The notes: generated by a model from the letters alone, not told the origin. 57,031 nt of DNA, filler included, from Sphacelaria rigidula (GCA_964200075.2; 8 parts of 8 records of this genome joined end to end with filler, not necessarily neighbours in it), one strand, 5' to 3'. Counted from the whole stretch's first letter, positions 35,527 to 48,003 are shown. A program made the numbers and translations.

Positions 35527-38500
35527 CTGCTGCATGCAAACACAAGTCAAGGGTGGGTGAAATGATGCACATTCCAAACGACGCCGACTCGTCACAAACG
35601 GTGCTAGGNNNNNNNNNNNNNNNNNNNNNNNNNNNNNNNNNNNNNNNNNNNNTTAATTAATTAANNNNNNNNNNNNNNNNNNNNNNNNNNNNNNNNNNNN
35701 NNNNNNNNCACCCCCCTGAGGCCCCCCCCCCCCCCCCTCCCCCTCCTCCACCCCGCCGCCGTCGGATGTAAGTCCTTCCGGCGTTGTGCCAGTGATTCTT
35801 GTCGTGTTGATGGCAACATCCATAACCTACTTGACATTCTACCTAGATCGCTACATGCAGGGCGAGGTGTAGACCGCAAATGCGTGGAATGGGGGAGACA
35901 CTGGGATAAAGGTATGTACAGTTGAAACAAAGGCATACAACATCCGCGAAAAAAAAGGCGAAAAAAAGCGAAAATAGATACGCGTGGTTGCGTTCATAGG
36001 CGTCAAAATAGATGAGGCGGGCTATTTTTCAAGGGGAAAAAAGTGGAAGCGTTACCCTCATGTTTCGGTTCGCTGACGTGCGCATTGATGACGTGGCACG
36101 ACACAGGGCAGAGCGTAGTGTATGTCACGCACCAAGCTGAGTTCTCGCTGCACGGCGCCGTCGTGAAGTGGAATTTCGCATTGGTTGCCAGAAAAATATC
36201 GTTGTATCATTATTAGTTCTACATCAATTTATTTTTAATACGGTTGGTGGTCGCTCCCTCGCGGCCGACACCACGACCACTACCCTTCCTGTGCTCATCC
36301 ACAGCAGCATCGCCACTACATACTGCTGCACAGGGGTGGAGAATAACCATCATGGCAAAAATGCTGGCTTGTACGTGTATCTTTTCTCAACTTTTCTTTT
36401 CCTCCCATGAACACGAACACAGTTCACAGCGGATGGCTGCTATTATTGTACGAAGTACAACACAAACTGTACATACGAACGAACGATGACGATCGGCACG
36501 CTGATAGCGACAACCGTTCACCCCACCTGCACCCTCACATTCTGTCCCACGATTCCGTGCGACAACACCGACAACCACAGAGCACCGACACACGAACGAA
36601 GAACTGCGCTAGGAAAAATCCAGGATCAAAACCATACGGTACGTTCAAGTACCCCACAAAAATATGTACTCCATAAAATCAATAGCACCATTCACAAAGC
36701 ACCGGAAACACCTCGAACGTTTTTCTATCGCGGACAACTACCGTCCCATTTTCACGAATACCTTTGGCACTTTCCACAATTGCCGGCAAGTAAAGCTATC
36801 AACTGTAACCCCAGCCTTCTCTACACCGCTGATCCCGAAGGCGAAAGTCATTCTCGCTCGGCTTGCAACGGCCAACACCTACACTCGAGGGTCAACAACG
36901 CCACCTAAGCTTTGAAATCAGTCTCACAAAATTTTATCAACATGAGTCTAAGCACGTACATGCAAACGCCTCGCCCCCTCCTCCCAGGCAAGCGAGAGAG
37001 GCAGCCCTTACCCTGCTACACCACGACGCCAACAAGACAAAAACACACCGTCGATATAAGCGACAATAAGTCGCTCTAAGCGACGCTCTCGGTTTCCTAC
37101 ACGTATGTCGAGACACAGCACACCTGGGGTACAGCGACATTTTCGGCACTTTAACCCCTTCTACGTACCAACCCCAAAACAATGCCGATGATATCCATAT
37201 ATTCAACGTGTGTATTTGCACGTATGGCATGGAGACAGCAGCAGTGAAGCCACTTGTTGATGCAACCGATGAGAAAAAATAAGAGCAAATAATCTAAACC
37301 CATTAGAGTACTGCCCTAGCCGTAGTGCACACCATATTTAACCCCCGTGAGAATTGTGATTATTGTTCCATGGGAGGGACAATCCACGAACAACATATGT
37401 CCAGAGAAACGGTAAGCACCCGTACATAAAGTACATTACCGGGCGATGCGTTTTTCTATCTCAATATTCCTGATAACCACGAGCCTGCAACGCCGAGAGA
37501 CCCCAGACTGCGCCGATCAAAATATGCGGAGATGTTTCCGTCAAAACATTTCGGCAGAGATGAGCCAAGTAAGTTTCGATGAAATCGAGGCAGATAACTT
37601 CTCTACTTTGGGGAGGGTGGGGGGATACTCTTCGCTCCTGACGATCGGTTACCCGTCTAATTTTGTGTTTTATTGTGTTGATTTGACGAACTGCACGACC
37701 GCCCAACACGCCGACGCGCGCAAACACGCTCACTTAATCAAAGTTCTCCTGTCGAACTTTCGACAACGTCACACTCTTCAACATCTCCGTGATATGCAAG
37801 TAGTGACTGAAATAACTGAAAAACGACGACTTTCACGCAAGCAAAAATTTAGACCTACATGACACCCAGCGGCACAAATAACAGCTTTCAACACAATATC
37901 ATCACGTATTGGGGAAAAAGCCGTCGGGTTGCACTTCACGTCACGTCCCTCCAGCAACAGCCCACCGCACTGATCATCGCATACGTATACCAAAAATAGC
38001 TTCCTGTGCCAAGGCACAGCAAACCAATAAGCGTGAGCACGGCGTGGACCAAGAGACATGTGCAACCTCCGCCTAGACGTTCTTCACTCCACAACAACGT
38101 GCTTTACTCTCCATCATCAGAGTTAGGGAGCCCTACCTACGAGTGGCAAAACGAACCTGCGCTCAAAACAGCCCATTTCGGACCACGTAAAGTCAGACAC
38201 TAACCCCCCTCCCCGCGCCCCCCCCTCCCTTCCTTCCCCCCTCCACGGTGTGCTTCCTGGAAGGAAAGCTGTGACACGACACATACCATCACACAGATAA
38301 AATTTAGGCTACGCAGAAGAGGCAGGAACCCGGTTGCCATTCAAAGCTGCCAACTCTTCCCACAACCATTTCAAAATCTGATATAATAACCTCTCGTACT
38401 CATTCAACAACAACAACACATCCAACTAAACATCGATTATTTTTGCTCAGTAGATATTCCATACAGGTACACCAGAATATTTACAGCCTCGAAACCAGAT

Positions 38501-38595
38501 ACAGTATATTTACTCTTGTTGGTTTGTCGTCCCTAAAGGTCCGTATGTCGTATCACCTCGATCAGACCCGCTTGGCCCGGTCCCTTGGCTCTTGA

Positions 38596-38764
38596 TCAAG
38601 ATTCGTCTGGGATAAAGTGCGGCGGATTTCCGGGAACCGAGCCTTGGGCATGAGTATGTCCCTGTTGATATTGCTGAGGCGTGTTGTTTCCAACGTAAGC
38701 GGGTGGGTCTTGAGGCACGACGTTGCCCTGACTATAGTACCATTCGCCTGTGTCCATGTTTCGC
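38596..38764 (-). CDS. Terminal exon of a WW-like-domain protein
   Basis: CCGCAG|G acceptor after a pyrimidine-rich (TCCCGC)n tract; (W)RNMDTGEWYYSQGNVVPQDPPAYVGNNTPQQYQQG...FIPDES*. Confidence 0.7.
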
Positions 38765-39469
38765 CTGCGGCGAGATGGAGAACGGACCGCACGCGGGGGG
38801 CGGGAGCGGGAGCGGGAGCGGGGGAGACGGAGGGGAGGGCTGAGTTATTTTTGATTTAACAACGTATTATATTGTTGCACACAATGGGCTGACCCTAAAG
38901 GGGACCCATACTGCCGAAATTTATTATTGTCCATGTGCGTATACGTGCCACGCGGAACGTGTAACAGGTGGTCAAGGTGTAAACGATACAACGGCTGCGC
39001 TCCACGAAGAACGGGCGGACTATTATTTATACGTCTCGGTCTTGACTTGCTTCCGTGGAGAAAAAGAGCTTGGTGCAGGCCATTGTAACGTTTTCGGTTC
39101 GCGTAAACACGTATTGCCACAGAGAACTACGAGTACTGTGTGCTACTTTGCTCATTCTCGTCTCAGTGTGTGGTTATTGCGCACGGAGATCTTCCTGCTC
39201 GCAGCTCGGCTGCACAACCCTCGGAGGAGAAATTGTCAGGAAAACAGTATTGCAGCACAAGAGGCAACTCAATCCCGAAGTTCGCGGTATATTCGCCAGT
39301 AATTTACCGGTAAATATACCGGGACCCTTGAGTTTGAGATGAATCTATGATATTACGCCTTGCCGAAGTGAAATTCTGAGTATTTGTGAACTTTTATATA
39401 TTGAACACTCCAACAACATAACCGTCGAAGTAATTTCACCTTGTTCCTGCACATCTGCTAAACACTTAC

Positions 39470-39540
39470 CAGCACGGCCGACCATGCGGGTCCACGTACG
39501 GTATCCACGGCATCCTGGATGAAACCCTTGGATCTCTTCC
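39470..39540 (-). CDS. Penultimate exon of a WW-like-domain protein
   Basis: TTGCAG| acceptor and TG|GTAAGT donor; GRDPRVSSRMPWIPYVDPHGRPC(W); the phase-2 join gives WIPYVDPHGRPCWRNMDTGEWYY. Confidence 0.75.
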
Positions 39541-40298
39541 CTGCAATAAGCGCAAAGAAAACGACAGGTTGGGCAGCGGGGGAGACAAGATGGCGGTCAG
39601 GGTAGGCGGGGCGACGAAGGACGGTTGGTGGACTACCGTTACGGCTGCTGTGTGTATGTCTGTTCAAACGTAGCCAGTACGACGACGTCGTCTGCTGCCC
39701 CGAGACAGCAAATTTTGGTCTGTCCACATCGTCTAGAAACAAGTAAGTGCAGGCGCGCGATCGAAAATCATTTGAAGCTTTTAAAGTTAGCCCGATGGAT
39801 ATTTTCCTGTCGGTCAGTTTTCCTCCTGAGCTCTACAGTACTCCAGGTCGATCAGATTGAGTTAGTTTTGAAACATAACGCGCAGCAGCAGGAGGAGCAA
39901 CAGCAACCGCAGTCAGGAGTGGACACTTCGCCAGGAAACAACTACTGCTGGCAAGCTTGTCTATTTTTACTCGGAAAGACTTCGTGCAGGTATGGATACA
40001 CCGTCGTACCTTATGCGTGTGTCTTGCTGGTCGCGTACGCGGTTAGCTGCCTGAAAGGAGAAGGATTATTGCGAGTATCCTGTAGCGTTGTGTTGTTGGG
40101 TGTGTCCGTTGCGTCTGATCCTGATGGAGAGTAGGAGAGTGGTTGGAGGGACCGTCGTGTGCCGGGCGGCAGATTTGTGCGGCGTTATTAATATTTGTGC
40201 GCCTGAGAATGTCGTGATCCTTGGGTTTCAACCATTTCATGTGACAAAAAATGGTTGGAAAAGTAGTAGCGTGTGCACGACAGCCACAAACCCCTAAA

Positions 40299-40343
40299 TC
40301 AAAGGTTATGACATGAAGACTGTCTTGATGTCATAACCTTTGA
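40299..40343. repeat. 45-bp near-perfect palindrome
   Basis: TCAAAGGTTATGACATGAAGAC-T-GTCTTGATGTCATAACCTTTGA; 21 of 22 positions pair. Confidence 0.93.
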
Positions 40344-42360
40344 CGCAAAATTTTGAAAGAACAAAGAGCTGGTTCAGGGAACGGTTCTCTGCTCGTTGTG
40401 ACCCTCGAGAATTTTCTCGGAATCAAACTCTTACGTTGGGTCTGGGACCGCTGGAGGCGTTTTTCTGCCATGATACACCCGAGAATTTCGTCAACGATTT
40501 TATTTACGGCTCGACTGTGAGCGAACTTTACTCACGTGCACGCCATTGGGATGAATCGGTAGCAGCAGAAAGCTCGAAGAACACGATTTGTTGGCACCAA
40601 ACAACGCGACGCAGTCCACACACGTGTTCACATGTACTGTATGTGATGAAGCCGAGAGTCAACCTTGAGCTACATTGAATCATGCATATCGTTCTTTCGT
40701 TTTTTCTGGCAAACTTCAAGCCGTTTAGCGATCTTTTCACTCATGGCACAGACAACAGTACAACAACTGTTGTCTGTTCTGTATCGCAAGTGTGCAGTGA
40801 CACCGTCCGAAGCGGAATCAATCAGGGTGCTACTGTACAGTGTAAGCTTGGGGACGACGCTTCCGACACAGTCGGCGACTCTTCCGACGCTGTCGACGGA
40901 GAGTGGCTTTGATGGTGTTAGAAATGTTGCTGACTGTATCGGAGTTGTCTGCCACTTCGTTTCATAATACTGCGAAGAACGACCAATCCCTGGTCCACGC
41001 CCGATAACCAGAGATTTTGTGTCACCTTTTGCTGACGACAACGACACCCCGGCGGTCTGATGGTTCGACTGTCACCATTGGGGGGATAGAGAGAACATGG
41101 GTTAGACTTCCGATGGATTGGGTTTTTTCTTCGAAGTATCTGGCTTCCACAGTCGAAAGCGTGAGTCCGCGAGTAAACAAAAGGCTGTCTACGCGGTGCG
41201 GGAGTGTTGACCCTATCCGCGAGACCGAAACACGCAAGGAGTTTTACCGGGGAGAGATGGGTTGATCACTTCCTTGAGACCACGGGCTCGTCCCGAGGAA
41301 GGGGAGGGGTTCAAAGTGCGACAAAAGGAAAAGAAAGGCAAGCAGGATCACACAGAAAATCTGCGAGTAACGAGACCTATTGCTTGGCCTGCGATTTTCA
41401 GCGACAAATACATCGTACAACAATGTGCGAGAAGTAATCGGCCATGCCCAACTGCTGCCCAACAACGAAGAAACGCAGGGCATGCACCAACATAATATAT
41501 AGATCAGTCCAGTGCAGCACACACGAGGCGCAAAAACAGGGCGGTGCAGTACTGCGGTTGATGATTGTAGAGACTAGTCCACCTGGTGGTGTCTGCAGCG
41601 GGTGATCCGACGAAGCGGCTATTAATAGACACAAATGCAATAATCGGCGGACGTTTGTTGTAGCACGTGCAGTAACATGCAAGTTCCTGTCGGTTTCCGT
41701 TCGTGAAACACGGACAACGCACACCCAGCAGTGGCCACGTTACTCAAATTAACGACCGGGGTTAATTACATGGCTCTTCAAGTGGATAGCCTCATCCACC
41801 GACCGGAATCGTTTCTTGAGCTGAAGGTCTTGCTGTTAACCCTTTGACCGCCAGGGTAGGTCATGTGTTGAACCGGCGTCATCTTCACTTGAAAAGTGGC
41901 GGCGTGACCCACATAATTCCACCCTGACTGTCAGAGGGTTAATCCCAACAACGACTGCCGGAGCATATAAAATATCTGCTGCATGATGTGTCGCAGAGAC
42001 TGAAAACTCTCCGATTACCCCATCTTCGACCCACTGGGCGGATGCTCCGATGTGCATCTACTGGACGAACTGCAACGCTAGTTGGACGCGCTGGATTCTT
42101 GATGCATTCTTCTTACCACCGAAAAGTATATCGGCGATACCAGGAACGATGAGGGGAACGTGCGGTGTGAGTAGATTTCAGGGATTGCCGGGACCAATCT
42201 GTTTTTCGGAAATTCAGTAAATTGATTCAACGGACTCCACATAAAACCTAATGATATAGAAACCGCCTAGGATAACCTTCGGATGGTCGATTCGTACTTC
42301 TCCTCGAACCTGTAGGTCCTAACAAGTATTGTTATCAAAGGGGCTGCCCCTCCCCCCCCC

Positions 42361-42749
42361 GAGATCAGCCTAATCCGGCGAGGACCCGGTGTGCTCCGTA
42401 CCAGCTGTGTAGGGGCGGACTCTCGATGGGGTTGGTGTCGGTTGGCGATGACGCTATGGAACACGCCACTTACTGCGTAAGCTAGACAACCAGGTTACCG
42501 ATTTTTTTTCCGCGCTTGCGTTTCTTTTGGAGTAACGATGATAATAGTCGAGCTAGATCATGTTGTGCGGTATGGGAGAACCTCAAATCCGCACAATGGG
42601 GGTGATCGTGCAACGCAGTTTTAAAATGGTGAAGCACCCATGAGGCAGCGTGTATGCCGTGGCTTTCTCTGGAAGTGGCGATACCAGAAATGAAGCAACT
42701 CATCGGAGGCTGTCATCCAAATGCAAGATAATCAGGACGCTTAGGACCG
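42361..42749 (+). mobile_element. SINE-like element: a 3'-region fragment (42361-42420) followed by a new copy from its head (42424), cut by the contig end
   Basis: 42424-42749 aligns to 49332-49655; preceded by a C-run at 42347-42360. Confidence 0.88.
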
Positions 42750-43681
42750 NNNNNNNNNNNNNNNNNNNNNNNNNNNNNNNNNNNNNNNNNNNNTTAATTA
42801 ATTAANNNNNNNNNNNNNNNNNNNNNNNNNNNNNNNNNNNNNNNNNNNNTTGAGCGTACCTTTGATGAAGTGTTCTTTCTCGGTCGTCAGTGCAGTGTGT
42901 GGAACACCCCTGCCAGCTATGCCCACGCTACCACTCATACGCTTCTGAAGTGCACCGACGGAGATGTCAAAGGTCGTAGCTGCAGCACAGAAGCTAGGAC
43001 GACCGCTGTGTACCGCTTATACGGCCCGTGCTGCACGTTCTGCTCTCTGCATGCTTAGCAGCCGATCGACCAAAAAGGTGATTTTGGAGGATGACACATA
43101 CCCGCTTACTCGCAGTGCTGTAAGACTACGTAATCGGATGCTTGAGACACATAAAATAGCCCAAACAAAGCGCCGTGCTCTTGTGCACACGCAGAAAAAA
43201 ACAGAACGGAAAACGTTTAATATTTTGCGGAGATATGAACGATTAAAACAACTTGTATCTTAATTGGCTCTGTATCTTCATTGGTACATTTCCTCTAGAG
43301 CACTACCGTGAAATAGGAACACCACAAACTAACGAGAAGCTCAACACGGAATTCGAGAAAGAGATCAACGCGTGGGCAGAGGCAAGTGCAGAGGCGTCAA
43401 AACGGGCGGATAGTGGCTCGAAAGAAGTACAGAGAGTTTACTAGAGATGAAGTGAAGGAGTGTGTGGCTAAACTCAAGAGCAGAAGGGCAGCTGGGGCAA
43501 ACAAAATAGTGAATCAATTTCTGATGAGTACGGGGGAGAGGGAATGACGACCATGCCGATTATGCTGTATAACTGGATCGGGGAAAACCGAGTACTCACA
43601 CAAGAGGTGGAGAGAAGGAGTAGTCGTCAACTTTTTCAAAACTAGAGAGAAGGCTGACACAGGGACCTATAGAGGGATAAT

Positions 43682-44389
43682 TAGGGTTGGGGACTGAACC
43701 AGTATCTACTGACAGTATTCCTGTACTGGCAGTTTTCCTGTACTGCGTCAGAGGCTGCCAGTACAGCCAGTACATACCCATCTTACGTACGTCCTATATT
43801 ATGCCTCCTACACCACATGGAAACCCACCGAAACTGCGCCGCATGAGAGGCAGGAGAGGAGAGAGGTTGAGAACAGGGCACATACACTAGAGGGAGACCA
43901 CAAAATCGATGGACTAATATGTCACTGGGAGCAGCAGCCCGCCCGCTTCAGACCCGAGCCCGGGGCCTCAGATCCCTGAACCCAACGCGGCCTCCGGCGA
44001 ATCACGATTGTTGAAGTTTTTCTCTGGGATATGCTAACAACTATTTGAAGAAGAAACGTTTTCACATCCGGGCAGGCATCATCGAGGTGGCCCAAAATTA
44101 CCCAAAAAGTATTTTCTAGTGAAGCCAAATCGCGTAAAAATACGCATCCGGCGGGGCCCCCTAACCGGCCGGGGGGGGCGTACTCATTTGTTGCTTGCCT
44201 TAGTCATTTGGCCATTGACCGCGCATCCCTTCCGAGACGGAGAACCGGCCGGGGGGGGCGGTGGTCGCGGCGCAGCCGCACCACGCGGCTTCACCGCGAC
44301 ACCAATGTGACTGATAGGGCCCAGTAAACTGGCTGCGGAGAGCAGCCAGTTTACCTGGTACTGGCGCGTAGCGCCAGTCCCCAACTCTA
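43682..44389. mobile_element. ~710-bp non-autonomous DNA transposon (hAT-like) nested in the LINE RT
   Basis: TIRs TAGGGTTGGGGACTG / CAGTCCCCAACTCTA (14 of 15 match); flanks GGGATAAT and CGGATAAC share GGATAA; splits the YRGI|TLLS motif. Confidence 0.82.
44163..44260 (-). mobile_element. 5'-truncated LINE 3' end with an 18-bp target-site duplication
   Basis: AACCGGCCGGGGGGGGCG at 44163-44180 and 44243-44260; the insert encodes SPSRKGCAVNGQMTKASNK*. Confidence 0.85.
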
Positions 44390-45719
44390 CGGATAACACT
44401 ACTGAGCACCGTAGGGAGAACATTCTGTAAGATTCTGAACGAGAGAGTGAGAGCAATACAAGGGTTAGAGGGAAAAATCAGCGAGGGGCAAGCAGGGTTT
44501 AGACCAAATCGTACTTGCGTAGACCATGTAAACACACTAGGTGAGATTATTCAAAGTAGGAAAGACGCCAGGCAGACTGTGTCTTTTGGGACGTACAAAA
44601 GGCTTATAACACAGCATAAACAAATGGACTGTGGAAAACGTTGTGGGAAACTGGGATCAGAGGAAAGATATAGAAAATGATGAAGATCACAGAATGTGCC
44701 ACAGGTTCTCTGATCCTAGACGGGGAAATATCGAAATATCTTGACATTTCACAAGGATTTGCACAAGGATGTACGTCATCACCAACTGAATTCAAAGTTT
44801 TCATAATGACCCGATAACAGTATGGAAGCAGCAAAGGAAGGAGTCAAGGTCGGTGAAGATATGGTATCAGGATTGATGTTCGCGGATGCTTTCGTGGGGG
44901 TATCAGAAACACCAGAAGGATTTGAGAAGCAAACAGAGCAGGCGCTAGAATACACTAGGAAGTGGAGAGTGACAGCGAACCTTGAAAAATGCGCAGTACT
45001 TGCATGTAAGGAAGATAGGGAAAACCTGGCAGAGTTTCAATGGGAGTCGGGAGAAAAGGAACAGCGGATCTTCGACCAGTAAACAAACCTTGGCGTGGCG
45101 ATCTCGAAAACCTGTTATTGGGATGCTCACACGAATGAAGTAGTAGAAGCGGGTAAGGCACAGATAGGCAGGATAGACGTGATCATCGGAGACTCGCACC
45201 TAGATACTAAGATTAAGAGGTGTACGCTGACAAACGTGATTGTACCAAAGCTGGAATATGCAGGAGAAGTATGGGAGGGGAGCGTGAAGTTGGTGAAGAA
45301 GTTGGAAACAGTACAGATGACAGCAGCTGATGAAATACTTGGATGCTCAAAAACGACGAGTAATACGGCATTGAGAGCAGGATTGGGAATGTACCCACTA
45401 AAAACAAAAACAATATAGCGTAAAGAACATGCAGGGAAAGAGATTGCCAGCTATAGTTGATAAGGCTGTATGGACGAACATGACGAAAGGGCAGGCTAGA
45501 ATAAGGTGGGATAGAGAAGTCGAGAAAGTATGGAGGGAGATGGGAGGAAGTCAAGACGAAATACTGTCCATAGGTGAACGCGCGGGGTACAAGACAAATG
45601 TAAGAGATATGATAGAAATAAGGGGACAAGGATCGCTCAGACGCAAAGTAGACGAGGAAGAACACCTGGAGATTCACGGGGGGCTGAGAGAGGGGATAGG
45701 GATAAAAAATATCTGCATG

Positions 45720-45969
45720 GACTAATGCCGAGATAGCCCCCCCCACGAAAAGTGCACCGGAGACCGTCCGACAAACCGGCTGCGATCCCACTATTGGGCT
45801 CGTTTGCAGAAATTCCACCCACATGAGAGGCGTGTAGCAGTTCAAAATCAGCAATAACGCCCAAATGAGTCGCGTCGTGCAGCACAATACCAGCTCTCAG
45901 GGTATTTATGGTCATCGCCTCCGTGCACGTTTTTGGCCGGTTCGAGGGCGGGCTATCTCGGCAGCAGTC
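45720..45969. mobile_element. 250-bp MITE nested in the LINE
   Basis: TIRs GACTAATGCCGAGATAGCCC / GGGCTATCTCGGCAGCAGTC; flanked by CATG on both sides; removal restores the LINE sequence YLHGPVD. Confidence 0.87.
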
Positions 45970-46487
45970 CATGGCCCAGTGGACGCGGCGAAATAACTGA
46001 AACTGCGACTTCGGGTTGGAGACCTGGACCTGCCAGAAAGAAGAAATAGGTAAACCAGTAGTCGAGAGGAGGAGGAAGTAGATGCACAGAATTGGCGAAG
46101 CAGTAGAGAGCAGAAGTCATACAGTGGCAGAATATAAACTGTACAAGGAGCAGCGGGATGCGCTAGAGGCGGAAACGCGGGACTTGAACTAAGGTGGCAT
46201 GAACACGTTTGATGCGCTGACAGTAGCAAGAAAACGATGGCTATACTGGGAGATAGATGGTAGCCACAGACGGCGGAATAGGACGGGGATAATGGGTGTA
46301 AGGAGGTTTGGGTAATATATGGAAGAAACATAATGAGCACCTAAATGTTTGAGGTTTATCTGTTAAGAGTAGTAACGATGCTTCATCTCGAAAGGAGTGC
46401 GTGGTCCATGGTCGAACGACCGAGGTAAGCAACAAATTAGTGTCACTTCTCCCCCCCCACTACCCCCGTGATACTGGCCTCACACAG

Positions 46488-46706
46488 ACGAGCATGCGAG
46501 TGTTTCCGCCGGAACGAGGCCTGATGATATGCAATCGATCGACCGGGTGGTACCGCGTCGGTCCTTACTTCCTAGCGAAGTCCATAAGCGACATCGGGCT
46601 GTACACGGCGGCTCCTATTTTGTTCGCGACGCTGGGGTAATGGTGTGTGGGACTGCGAGCGGACGCGGGCCACTTCGTCTTCTTCTTCCTGCTCTTCATG
46701 AGCCAG
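46488..46706 (+). pseudogene. ABCG/White-family transporter membrane-domain exon with an in-frame stop
   Basis: CACAG| acceptor; TSMRVFPPERGLMICNRSTGWYRVGPYFLAKSISDIGLYTAAPILFATLG*WCVGLRADAGHFVFFFLLFMSQ; TAA at 46638-46640 where the Y of the YW..GL motif is expected; donor CAG|GCGAGA. Confidence 0.85.
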
Positions 46707-46895
46707 GCGAGACATTCAACCGTGTGCTGACAACCCGCGGTAGTAGTACGGGAAAGGGGGGGGGGGACGAGAGAGGGGCGGCACTGTGTTGTAATATTTA
46801 GCATGTTTTATTATTTGAGAAGAAAGCATGGAGGACGAGTAGAGTGAATGACATTTTTGGCGTTTCTACAATGCACACATGCACTTGTGGTGGTC

Positions 46896-46966
46896 GCCCC
46901 GGTGGCTCAAGCGGTAATGTCTAAACCTTCCGACGGTTGGGACATGGATTCGAATCTCGGTGAGGC
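46896..46966 (+). pseudogene. Degenerate tRNA-like sequence (tRNA pseudogene or SINE head)
   Basis: A-box-like TGGCTCAAGCGG, B-box-like ATTCGAATC, anticodon-like stem AACC-TTCCGAC-GGTT; D and T stems pair poorly. Confidence 0.55.
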
Positions 46967-47664
46967 CACACGATCTGTTTTTTTCTTCTCACATTATGCC
47001 TAAAGGTTGAGAGTGACCATTTCCTCAATGCACAGCATTTGACTCAATGGTCGACGAGGGCAAGGGACCGCCGAACCGAAACTTCGCGATAAAAAGGGAA
47101 GGCAAGTACCGCAGGAGAAAGGTGAAGTAAGGAAAGGGGAAAAAGCTCCTGTGTTGATCTTTTTCCTCAGCGACCCCGGCTGATGCGCCCACATGTACCG
47201 AAAGGTGTAGACAGGCCGTCAGAATATATGGATGACAACACGCACAACACACACAGATGGTCTGCTCACGAGTAGGTAGGTACGCCTTGGTGATAAATAT
47301 CATTTTTGCCAGGGTCGGAGTACCTTCTGTCCTGAAGGTTTACGATCAGTATATTAGTGAATACAGTACAGAACTACACAATGGTCCCCGATCTGAAAAA
47401 TATGGGGAGGGTAGGATGTAATATTCAGATCTTCACCGACAGCTTGTTGAGCATGGTGTTCTAAGTAGCAGATTCAGGGCCTTGCGTGCCGGGTAGGTCA
47501 TCATCGGATGGTGCTCTGGGCCTATCGTTCTGTGGGCTGCTGATATCAGTTTGGCCGAGGACTTGGTGGAAGTTACGAAGCGGTTACCTTGTATCGTCGT
47601 TGTCCATTTGCTTTTTCTTCATGGATCTGGCGGCCAGGCGGGCGGCAGGCGGTGGCGGCAGCGA

Positions 47665-47752
47665 AGGGGGGCGTACTCATTTGTTGCTTGCCTTCGTCGT
47701 ATGACCATTGACCACGCACGCCTCTCGAGACGGAGCACCCGCCGGGGGGGAG
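47665..47752 (-). mobile_element. 5'-truncated LINE 3' end between G-runs
   Basis: Near-identical to 44171-44250; encodes APSREACVVNGHTTKASNK*. Confidence 0.85.
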
Positions 47753-48003
47753 GGTTGGTTCCCTAGAATATGTTTTAGTCACTTCCACGCTCTGTTGAGA
47801 CTGTCGCAGCCGTAGGGTACGTGCTGCCATTGCTCTTGTTTGTGCCTCGTGTATGTGTCTTTCCTGTGTGTGTTTTGTGTACTTGCCTAGCGATGCATCT
47901 CGGGCTACAATCTTTTCTTCAATGCACTGCTTTTGATGTTTGAAGAAGTCACAACCTAGTCATTACCACCCACCGTGCCATTACACGACATGCTGCTGAG
48001 CAG

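Larger units (their letters stand above)
43300..46459 (+). mobile_element. Decayed non-LTR retrotransposon: RT, C-terminal region and poly(C) 3' end, with two nested DNA elements
   Basis: YRGI/TLLSTVG, EGQAGFRPNRTCVDH, DVQKAY, QGFAQGCTSSP, GLMFADAF, VPKLEYAGEVW, LRLRVGDLDLPER; ends with SNK followed by a C-run; stops and frameshifts throughout. Confidence 0.93.

Noticed and set aside
46638-46640. Stop-codon reassignment or readthrough in ABCG
   Set aside because: Single instance, with other degenerate changes in the same exon; pseudogenisation or a sequencing error is simpler
46896-46966. Functional tRNA-Arg(CCG)
   Set aside because: The D, T and acceptor stems do not pair adequately; kept only as a tRNA-like relic
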